Source of the DNA: Hormoscilla sp.
GTDB lineage: Bacteria > Cyanobacteriota > Cyanobacteriia > Cyanobacteriales > Desertifilaceae
Assembly: GCA_051439505.1 (NCBI GenBank)
Contig: JBFRWI010000133.1
Span: 1 to 13,569 of the forward strand
DNA: 13,569 nucleotides
Reading direction: 5' to 3'
Made by a program: the position numbers and the translations under genes. The notes under the pieces are model-generated. The model made no database searches and had not been told where the DNA came from. It saw only the letters and a list, made by a program, of their open reading frames with translations. Shown piece after piece: positions 1-6,777 of this stretch; the stretch's first letter is position 1, and every line of letters starts with the position of its first letter.

Positions 1-75
1 GCCTTGGGACGTACACCCAAGGACTTTGCCGATTATGCTAAAGAGGTGGCTGCTACAGGTTTATGGACCAATTGA
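1..75 (+). CDS. 3' end of NmrA-like / NAD(P)H-binding SDR protein (5' part outside window)
   Basis: Frame 1 reads ALGRTPKDFADYAKEVAATGLWTN*, resembling the typical C-terminus (LGRxPxxFxDYA...ATGxW) of NmrA-family proteins. The TGA stop at 73-75 lies in the first heptamer unit. Confidence 0.65.
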   Translation, partial: ALGRTPKDFADYAKEVAATGLWTN

Positions 76-199
76 CAATTGACAATTGATAATTGATAAT
101 TGACAATTGACAATTGATAATTGATAATTGATAATTGATAATTGATAATTGATAATTGCTAATGGGTAATATTAATTGACAATTGACAATTAACAATTG
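69..199 (+). repeat. Heptamer tandem array A, (AATTGAY)n, STRR-like
   Basis: 12 perfect AATTGAC/AATTGAT units at 70-153, then AATTGCT, AATGGGT, AATATT, AATTGAC x2 and AATTAAC. Confidence 0.97.
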
Positions 200-279
200 G
201 GTTTGTCGCGTGGAACCTTTACTCTGACTTGGATTGCCATCCTGCCCCTCTGAGTTTTATTATGGTCGAGAATGCGACT

Positions 280-288
280 TGATATAAT
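280..288 (+). promoter_or_regulatory. Putative extended -10 promoter (TGnTATAAT) for the four-helix-bundle gene
   Basis: TG-A-TATAAT at 280-288, about 55 nt upstream of ATG 343. Confidence 0.4.
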
Positions 289-345
289 TGTCAATTGTCA
301 ATTATCAATTGTCAATTACCCCAATTACCCCAATTATCAATTATG
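285..345 (-). repeat. Heptamer array B (AATTGTC/AATTATC), inverted relative to arrays A and C
   Basis: Units AATTGTC, AATTGTC, AATTATC, AATTGTC, AATTACCCC x2, AATTATC, AATTATG. 285-304 is the exact reverse complement of 173-192. Confidence 0.95.
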
Positions 346-699
346 AAGAATAATGTAGTCAGAGAAAAATCATTTGCTTTTGCATTGCGGATTGTAAACT
401 TGTCGCGCTATCTCAATCAGGAAAAACAAGAGTACGTTCTCTCAAAGCAAGTGCTTCGTAGCGGAACAGCAATCGGAGCACTAGTACGGGAAAGCGAACA
501 AGCCGAAAGTAGAGCCGATTTTATTCACAAACTAGCGATCGCCCTTAAAGAAGCCAACGAAACCCAATACTGGCTAGAATTATTACACCAGTCAGACTAC
601 ATTGATGAAAGAAGTTTCAAGTCGATAGACCAAGATTGCATCGAACTCCTAAAACTCCTAACCTCAATCCTAAAATCCACTAAGACAATTGACAATTGA
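343..699 (+). CDS. Four helix bundle protein (TIGR02436 / 23S rRNA IVS-protein-like), 118 aa
   Basis: MKNNVVREKSFAFALRIVNL...LSKQVLRSGTAIGALVRESEQAESRADFIHKLAIALKEANETQYWLELL matches the family motifs. ATG 343 is preferred over TTG 295, which only translates the repeat. Confidence 0.92.
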   Translation: MKNNVVREKSFAFALRIVNLSRYLNQEKQEYVLSKQVLRSGTAIGALVRESEQAESRADFIHKLAIALKEANETQYWLELLHQSDYIDERSFKSIDQDCIELLKLLTSILKSTKTIDN

Positions 700-732
700 C
701 AATTGACAATTGACAATTGTCAATTGATAATT
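684..732 (+). repeat. Heptamer array C, (GACAATT)5 GTCAATT GATAATT
   Basis: Read directly. Overlaps the last codons and the stop of the four-helix-bundle gene. Confidence 0.95.
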
Positions 733-733
733 A

Positions 734-926
734 GGGCTTGCTGAAAAAGTTTGTTAGTGGGGGTTTGACGCGGGGACGCGGGGACGCGGGGACGCGGGGA
801 TGGGGAGACATGGGAGAAAATTTCAGTATTTTGAGGCACGACTAGCCAAAATTGATGATATTTTGGGATTCTCTGGAATCGAGTAACCCTTAGCTATCCT
901 TACTTTCCGCTTTATTCAGCAGACCC
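734..926. mobile_element. 193-bp MITE-like non-autonomous element
   Basis: Imperfect terminal inverted repeats GGGCTTGCTGAAAAAG (734-749) and CTTTATTCAGCAGACCC (910-926). Flanked on both sides by TA (TAATTA). No transposase ORF. Confidence 0.75.
767..798 (+). repeat. Octamer tandem repeat (GACGCGGG)x4 inside the MITE
   Basis: Four exact units at 767-798 followed by degenerate GATGGGGA. Confidence 0.95.
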
Positions 927-927
927 T

Positions 928-965
928 AATTATCAATTATCAATTGTCAATTATCAATTATCAAT
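928..965 (-). repeat. Heptamer array D (AATTATC/AATTGTC)x5, inverted relative to array C
   Basis: Read directly. Contains the Uma2 stop codon (947-949 on the - strand). Confidence 0.95.
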
Positions 966-1582
966 ATGGTTTTTGCGGCAAAAATCTCTGCGGCGCTCAG
1001 TTGCAATTCCGGGAAAGCCAAAGACTCAATCCTCTGGTTTCCGGTAAACAGCGTTACCTGATACTCCCCATCCACCAGCTGGTATACAGAGAGAGTCGGT
1101 TGCTTGGGATTGCCGATAAACCGCCGGCCCCCTATACCCAGATAATCCACAATCCAGTATTCGGGTATACCCATCAGTTCGTATTCCCCGACTTTCCTCA
1201 GATAATCATCTTGCCAGTTTGTACTGACAACCTCTATAGCCAGTCCCACGGAATCTCCCTTGGTAATAATCGATTCTTTCTGCCAACGGGGTTCCTCGGC
1301 TAGTTGCGCTTTATTAAGGACAATTATGTCAGGTTTGTAACCGGATTCCTCATGGATCGGTTTCAGCAAGCACTCCCCTGGAATTGCACGAGGTAATTGC
1401 GATCGCCGAATTTCAAAATGGAGTTCGCCAACAATAAAACCGATAACACTAGAATGTTCCCCAGTTCCTAAAGGCATTTTTACGATCGCTCCATTGTGTA
1501 GTTCGTATTTACAGGTCGCGTTTTCCGGATACCAGTCAACAAATTCATCGAATGATAGGGGTGTGGTTAGAGTCGCAATCAT
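947..1582 (-). CDS. Uma2 family (DUF820) PD-(D/E)XK endonuclease, 211 aa
   Basis: LSFDEF..WYP...YELHNG.IV.MP..H, KPDIIV, LAIEVVSTNWQDDY..K..EY...GIPEYWIVDY, FPELQLS are typical cyanobacterial Uma2 motifs. Confidence 0.93.
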   Translation of the reverse strand: MIATLTTPLSFDEFVDWYPENATCKYELHNGAIVKMPLGTGEHSSVIGFIVGELHFEIRRSQLPRAIPGECLLKPIHEESGYKPDIIVLNKAQLAEEPRWQKESIITKGDSVGLAIEVVSTNWQDDYLRKVGEYELMGIPEYWIVDYLGIGGRRFIGNPKQPTLSVYQLVDGEYQVTLFTGNQRIESLAFPELQLSAAEIFAAKTILIIDN

Positions 1583-1640
1583 AGTTCTTCAATACAAAAG
1601 ATTAAGACAAGAAAGGGTTTTGCATGGCGGCAGGTACATT

Positions 1641-1776
1641 TGTCATTGCGAGGGGGGGGGTACGTAGCGATAACGGCCTGCTCAATTGAGTTAACGGGGG
1701 GATGCTGGCGGAGAGCCCTAAAATGTCGGTTTTGGTTTCCCCCTCGCAATGACAGGTTGTATCCCTTGAAGTATTG
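1641..1776. repeat. Palindromic element copy 1 (TGTCATTGCGAGGGGG...CCCCCTCGCAATGACA plus shared tail), internally shortened
   Basis: 16-bp terminal inverted repeat spanning 1641-1754. 1716-1776 matches 3138-3198 at 59 of 61 positions. Confidence 0.88.
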
Positions 1777-1790
1777 AGAAGGATTTGGGT

Positions 1791-2876
1791 TCATACCTTT
1801 ATCGCCTCCAAATACTCCGACAAGAAATCAATCAGATCCATCGATTCAGCGACAAAGCCCATAGCATCGCTAAACTTGGGACCTTGAATCAGGGAGGAAA
1901 AATGGGCGATCGCCTCCTGTTGTTTGGCTTTCTGGAGATACTGGAGATATTTTAACAGATTCTTGCGGGCATTCTCCGCTTTATTTTCGGGGCAATGCCC
2001 GCTATTGAGCCAGAGTAAAACCCGTTCGTTCAAACTGGCAAAGTCCTGAATCTCCAAATCTTTGAGTTGCTTGGAATGCTTAGAATATTGCAACAGGAGT
2101 TGCTCGGGACTCAGACCCCGTTGGTTAGCGAGGCTTTGGCGAAAGGCGAGACTGGCACGACTCCCCACCATACCTGCAATCAGTTTGAAGTGAATCTCCT
2201 CCAACTCTTTATGGTTGCGAACAAAATCCGCGACTTTGACCCAAGCGCGGCGATCGGGGGTTTTGATCAAGCCAGCGGTGGCGATCGCCGCATCCGCATC
2301 CGGGTTGTCACCATCAAGATACTCCGGATGCTGTTGGATAAATGTCAGCACCCGCGAATCGATATCGCGATCGGCAGCCCAGAGCAGCCAATCTTCCACC
2401 GTCGGCACAAACTCGTAGAGATTGAACCGCGACACCAGAGCCGGATCCAGCTCCGTCAGTTGATATTCTTCCCCCCCATTCACCGCAGCAATCACAATAC
2501 TGCCAGGGGGTAGGGGTTTACCCGCCAAGGTTTTGTTGAGGGTCAGGTCTTGAACCGCCTGCAAAATTTCGGGACGGGCCCGGTTAAGCTCGTCCAGAAA
2601 GAGCACCACCGCGCGATCGGGTTCGGGCCACCAGTAGGGGGGTAAAAAGACCGATCGGCCCGTTGTCTCATCTTTATGCAACAAGCCAATCAAATCCCCC
2701 GGATCGCTCATCTGACCCAAAAAGAACGGAATGACGGGCAGGTTCTGGCGCTGACGGTAGAAATGGCTAATAATTTCTGATTTGCCAATACCATGCTTGC
2801 CCACCAGGAGGATATTTTGCTCCGGTGGGGTCAGTTCCAGAACTTGATAGAGTTCGCGAGCATCAATACGAATCAT
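1791..2876 (-). CDS. MoxR-like AAA+ ATPase (AAA_5 type), 361 aa
   Basis: Walker A GKHGIGKS, GDLIGL, PPYWWP, Walker B VLFLDELNRA, sensor I AAVN, Arg finger LDPALVSRF, sensor II TPDRRAW. Confidence 0.9.
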   Translation of the reverse strand: MIRIDARELYQVLELTPPEQNILLVGKHGIGKSEIISHFYRQRQNLPVIPFFLGQMSDPGDLIGLLHKDETTGRSVFLPPYWWPEPDRAVVLFLDELNRARPEILQAVQDLTLNKTLAGKPLPPGSIVIAAVNGGEEYQLTELDPALVSRFNLYEFVPTVEDWLLWAADRDIDSRVLTFIQQHPEYLDGDNPDADAAIATAGLIKTPDRRAWVKVADFVRNHKELEEIHFKLIAGMVGSRASLAFRQSLANQRGLSPEQLLLQYSKHSKQLKDLEIQDFASLNERVLLWLNSGHCPENKAENARKNLLKYLQYLQKAKQQEAIAHFSSLIQGPKFSDAMGFVAESMDLIDFLSEYLEAIKV

Positions 2877-2939
2877 TTTCTTCGACCTTTATCCTTCTAC
2901 CTTTATAGCGTTTCTGAAATTGATGTGGTATCGCCTATG

Positions 2940-3198
2940 TGTCATTGCGAGGGGGGAGACTAGCGCGATAACTTATGCTCAACCGAGTTAACCCCCCCGA
3001 AGCAATCTCCTCGCCCCGTATAAGATGAAGATCATGCGCGGCGTCATCGGTGAGATTGCTAGCCCTCCTGCGTCGGGCCGCTGCGCTTTTACGAAGTGCG
3101 CGACGCAGGAGCGCTACGGGGGGATCCAAGCGACGCTCCCTAAAATGTCGGTTTTTGTTTCCCCCTCGCAATGACAGATTGTATCCCTTGAAGTATTG
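2940..3198. repeat. Palindromic element copy 2 (GTCATTGCGAG...CGAAGCAATCTC...GAGATTGCT...CTCGCAATGAC) with nested insertion
   Basis: Outer inverted repeat spans 2940-3176. Inner repeat is AGCAATCTC/GAGATTGCT. G-run/C-run sub-hairpins present. Tail shared with copy 1. Confidence 0.88.
3062..3112. repeat. 51-bp nested mini-element with CTCCTGCGTCG/CGACGCAGGAG inverted repeat
   Basis: Inverted repeat at 3065-3075 and 3101-3111. Flanked by direct GCTA at 3058-3061 and 3113-3116. Confidence 0.6.
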
Positions 3199-3230
3199 GG
3201 GCAAAGCCCTACTACCTTGCTGCATTTTAA

Positions 3231-3971
3231 CTACAAATCCTCATGACGAATCCAGTCAGAACGGCGATAGCCCCGCTTGAGATTGGTTTTAAAGCGAACG
3301 CCACTGTCGTAAGTCTCCCGGAGAGCCTGAATTGCCGTGCGCAATTTTGGTACCACCTCCTTGAACTGGTTAAAGGGAATCAAAATAGCAAAGTTGTCGT
3401 TGTCAGACAGGCGAATAATCAGCTTGAGCTTAAAAGTATCAACTTCGGTGGCAAAGTCAAAGCGATCTTCCTTGGCAATTTTACGCACCTGAGCCAAGAT
3501 AGCTTGCACTTTCAAGTCTTTCTGTTTTTGGCGCTTGGCAGCCTGGGCTTTTTGCCGATCGACCCGCTGCAAAAATGCTTGCACCAGGGCCACCACCTCA
3601 TCAATATCTGAAACGGGGGCCGATCGCTCGTACCCTAAGTCAACCCAGAGCTGCTGTTGCTCCGAATTTCTGAGCAAATGTAAATGGGTGTGATTGTTAT
3701 ACCAGCGATCGCTTAATCCTTCGAGCAGAATAGAGCAACAGAGGGTGTTGGTGGGGGCCTGGTCTGCGCTTGACCCCCCTTGGAAACGATGGTGATAGTG
3801 ACCGTTATCATTCCGCTTTGCGCCAGCGATCGGCTCAATTCGCGCCAACAATTCTTCCGCCAGCTCTTGGGCCCGATCGGGGTCAACGCTGAGGGGTTTC
3901 TTCCCCGAGATATTCTCCCGGAGGAGCTTTTGCAAACTTCGTGATGTGATAGACATAATATAAATTCGCAA
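3231..3971 (-). CDS. Hypothetical protein, 246 aa (start may be 3956), with central coiled coil
   Basis: Long ORF co-oriented with the ATPase, with protein-like composition and a coiled-coil-like segment (RQKAQAAKRQKQKDLKVQAIL). No family recognised. Confidence 0.75.
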   Translation of the reverse strand: MRIYIMSITSRSLQKLLRENISGKKPLSVDPDRAQELAEELLARIEPIAGAKRNDNGHYHHRFQGGSSADQAPTNTLCCSILLEGLSDRWYNNHTHLHLLRNSEQQQLWVDLGYERSAPVSDIDEVVALVQAFLQRVDRQKAQAAKRQKQKDLKVQAILAQVRKIAKEDRFDFATEVDTFKLKLIIRLSDNDNFAILIPFNQFKEVVPKLRTAIQALRETYDSGVRFKTNLKRGYRRSDWIRHEDL

Positions 3972-4000
3972 TTTACAGTTCGGAAGTTCTCAAACTACAG

Positions 4001-4348
4001 CTATATATACATATATTTTAGCTTAACCATCTGTAGTTGGACTGTTTGAGCTAATTTGATGCTTTCGATGTAGGGAGCGGTTTCCGAACCAAATCCAACA
4101 TAGTCGAATCGGGTGTTGCGAAACCGCTCCCTAATTGTACCATCTGGAGTGACGAAGTTGGCGACCTTGCCAGCAGTTATCAAGGGCACGAGGGTGGAGG
4201 GTACTTCATCGCCAGTGAGTTCGTGCAAACCGAGAATATTACCGTAAAAGTGGCGGGAAGCATTGATGTCCCTGACATTCAAGGCAATGTGATGGACTTT
4301 GCGGAGGCTTTCTGCTGTCAGGGCGGGGGGTTGGGGACCCGATGGCAT
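4001..4348 (-). pseudogene. Truncated VOC/glyoxalase family protein (only the first ~72 codons are VOC-like)
   Basis: LRKVHHIALNVRDINASRHFYGNILGLHEL...VANFVTPDGTI is a VOC N-terminal half. The ORF then reads through a REP hairpin (RERFRN...ETAP) and no second VOC module follows. Confidence 0.75.
4070..4133. repeat. GTAG-type REP/REPIN-like hairpin
   Basis: (G)TAGGGAGCGGTTTC at 4070-4084 and GAAACCGCTCCCTA at 4120-4133 form a perfect 14-bp inverted repeat. Confidence 0.8.
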
Positions 4349-4453
4349 GGCTTTAAGGATTTTACTTTTAGCTAATAGAGAAATTTTAAATCATTTGTGA
4401 AAATTTCTCTACTCGGTTTCGCAGAAGTCCCCGGGTTTCTGGACAGATGTGAT

Positions 4454-4483
4454 TTTACAAATCAAATATGCTGGCTATATAAT
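4454..4483 (+). promoter_or_regulatory. Putative sigma70-type promoter upstream of the aldo/keto reductase
   Basis: TTTACA (4454-4459), 18-nt spacer, TATAAT (4478-4483). Confidence 0.3.
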
Positions 4484-4663
4484 TATAGTAATCAAATTAG
4501 TCACAACAGCACGAATGGACCTGAGTTCTGACAAGTTCTACAGCTATCCGCACTGGATGCGAAAATTACCGAATGGCAACTGGCCACGTGGCAATATTTT
4601 AAATTTTCACCCATTAGCCCAGCAATATGCTAAGATATTAAATGACGAACAATCGGGAAAAAT

Positions 4664-5626
4664 ATGGAAACGCGGACCCTGGGAAATTCTGGCGTCAAAA
4701 TCACTCCCATCATTATGGGCACCTGGCAAGCAGGCAAAAAAATGTGGGTGGGGATAGAAGATCGAGATACTATTCAAGCTATCAGGGCAGGTCTTGAAGC
4801 TGGTATAACTACGGTTGACACGGCAGAAGTCTATGGAAATGGTCACTCGGAGCAAATTGTAGCTAAGGCCCTGTCGGATGTGCGCGATCGGGCGGTCTAC
4901 GCCAGTAAGGTTTTTGCCAATCATCTCAAGTACGACCAGGTAATAGAGGCGTGCGATCGCTCGCTGAAGAACCTGAACACGGACTACATCGACCTTTATC
5001 AAATCCACTGGCCATCGGGTTCCTTTAACAGCAAAGTTGTCCCAATCTTTGAAACCATGAATGCCATGAATAGACTCAAGGAACAGGGTAAAATTCGGGC
5101 AATTGGGGTATCCAATTTTAATCGCGAGCAACTGGCAGAAGCTAGCAAATACGGAGAGATCGAGAGCTTGCAACCGCCCTATTCTCTCTTCTGGCGTCAG
5201 GTAGAAAAGGATCTCATGCCCTACTGCGTGGAAAAGAAGATCTCTATCCTAGCATACTCTCCTCTCGCCCAGGGACTTTTGACAGGAAAATTTGGACGGG
5301 ACCACAAATTTGCCGAAGGAGACCATCGGGCGAAAAATAAGTTGTTTTATATCAAGGAAAACTACGATCGCGTGCAAGATGCCCTGGAGAAACTGCGTCC
5401 GATCGCGGAACGCAATCAATGCAGCATGGCCCAACTGGCGATCGCCTGGTTAATTGCGCAACCACAAACTTCTGCAATTGTCGGTGCCCGCAATATGGAA
5501 CAAGCAAGAGGGAATGGCAAAGCGGCGGAGGTGAAATTATCTGCTGAGGATATGAAAGAAATTGATGCCATAGGAAGGACTGTCACCGACCATTTAGACG
5601 ACAACCCCGTACAGTGGGATTTTTAA
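4664..5626 (+). CDS. Aldo/keto reductase, 320 aa
   Basis: RTLGNSG.....MGTW, DTAEVYGNGHSE, ASKV, SLKNLNTDYIDLYQIHWP, GKIRAIGVSNF, QPPYSL, AYSPLAQGLLTGK, AQLAIAW. Confidence 0.97.
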   Translation: METRTLGNSGVKITPIIMGTWQAGKKMWVGIEDRDTIQAIRAGLEAGITTVDTAEVYGNGHSEQIVAKALSDVRDRAVYASKVFANHLKYDQVIEACDRSLKNLNTDYIDLYQIHWPSGSFNSKVVPIFETMNAMNRLKEQGKIRAIGVSNFNREQLAEASKYGEIESLQPPYSLFWRQVEKDLMPYCVEKKISILAYSPLAQGLLTGKFGRDHKFAEGDHRAKNKLFYIKENYDRVQDALEKLRPIAERNQCSMAQLAIAWLIAQPQTSAIVGARNMEQARGNGKAAEVKLSAEDMKEIDAIGRTVTDHLDDNPVQWDF

Positions 5627-5660
5627 TGAGGCCAACTTCGAGGTTATAATCAAACAAAGT

Positions 5661-6517
5661 ATGTCTCAAAAACCAGCAGATATCGGTAGTAAGCGTTTAG
5701 TCAGTTTGGCCCCAGATGGATGGGTAAAATGGCTGATGCAGAGTCAAGACATCGAATTCAGAGAATTTCTGAGTTCGGAATTTCAGTGGATTAGCCGTGA
5801 CAGCGACCTGTTGTTAAAAGCCTACAGTCCTCAGCACGGCGAATTTCTAATTCTCAATGAACTACAACTGCACCGTATAGGCGAGTAATGCCTCGGCGAG
5901 TCAGGGCTTACACGGCATTAGCAGAGGAAAAATATAACTTGCCAGTATATCCGATATTGGTGAACATCTTGAAACCGACACCAGGAGTCCCGATCGCCAC
6001 CCGGTATGAGTCCGAATTTATGGGCATATACGCACGTCAAGACTATCGCTTGATTAACATGTGGGAAGTGGATGTTGCGTTAGCATTTCAACCTGCACTC
6101 AAACCCTTACTCCCCTTTGCACCGGTGCTCAAGGGCGGTGGTTCGGAATCTGTGGTGCGCCGGGCCGTGCAGCTTCTGGAAGCGGATGAGAAGTTGAGCG
6201 AGTTGAAAAACCTCTTGGGTTATTTTGCTACATTTGTGTTGTCAACTACTACAGTACAAGAGATTATGAACTGGGAAATGATGGTGTTTCGGGAATCCCC
6301 CTTGGGTCAAGATATGATGCACGAAGAAGCCCAACGGATGCTGTTGCGCTTGCTCCAGCGCCTGTTTGGTGACGTATCAGAGTCTATACAGGCTAATCTA
6401 CAAGGGTTGAGCACGGAAGAAATAGAGGGGCTAGTGGATGTGGCTGTAACTGTAAATTCCTTAGAGGAGTTTATCAGCTCTATTCCCGTCGCCGCTGCTA
6501 ATGGCTCTGCTACTTAA
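5661..6517 (+). pseudogene. Rpn-family recombination-promoting nuclease / putative transposase, split by a frameshift near 5872-5878 (ORFs 5661-5888 and 5888-6517)
   Basis: DIGSKRL..LAPD.W, SEFQWISR.SD, LNELQL | MPRRVRAY.ALAEEKY.LPVYP, DYRLINMWE, LLPF.PVL and a DUF4351-like C-terminus are two halves of one known protein type in different frames. TATAAT at 5645-5650 lies just upstream. Confidence 0.85.
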
Positions 6518-6591
6518 CACAGTGTAGGCGATCGCCCCCTGCTCGCACCAGAACGGGTGTGGTCTTGCGCCCGTTAGTAGGAGACCTCGTC

Positions 6592-6643
6592 GCCCGAACC
6601 CTAAAGGGCCCGGCTACATGAACAAAGCCCGCCTGCGCGGGCT
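6592..6643. repeat. Double-hairpin REP-like element (divergent relative of the 8981 and 11341 copies)
   Basis: GCC..CCC-TAAA-GGG..GGC, linker TACATGAACAA, then hairpin AGCCCGC-CTGC-GCGGGCT. Confidence 0.55.
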
Positions 6644-6777
6644 ATATTAAATGTCTCGGGCGATGCACCCAGCTATCAACAAATGCATGACCACCACACC
6701 CAACCAGAACGGGCGATCGCATATCAATGTTGTATCCACCCACCGGAAGTGTTGTAAACCTTTGTAGGATAAGAGAT

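Noticed and set aside
72..190. Repeated TTGACA in array A as -35 promoter boxes
   Set aside because: An automatic consequence of the AATTGAC unit. I found no convincing consensus -10 at the proper spacing.
295..342. N-terminal extensions starting MSIIN (ORFs at 295 and 944)
   Set aside because: These are translations of the heptamer repeat from TTG. The 944-1303 ORF is antisense to Uma2.
69..965. CRISPR array
   Set aside because: Repeats are contiguous 7-mers with no unique spacers, and there are no cas genes.
2067..3611. Plus-strand ORFs 2067-2513, 2215-2418, 3050-3280, 3243-3611
   Set aside because: Antisense shadows of the ATPase and hypothetical genes, or translations of the palindromic repeat.
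4449..5604. ORFs 4449-4757, 4607-5173, 5249-5434, 5416-5604
   Set aside because: They overlap or are antisense to the well-supported aldo/keto reductase and show no recognisable motifs.
6727..6777. Longer start (6727) for the DUF4351-like ORF
   Set aside because: Homology to Rpn and the purine-rich RBS point to ATG 6778.
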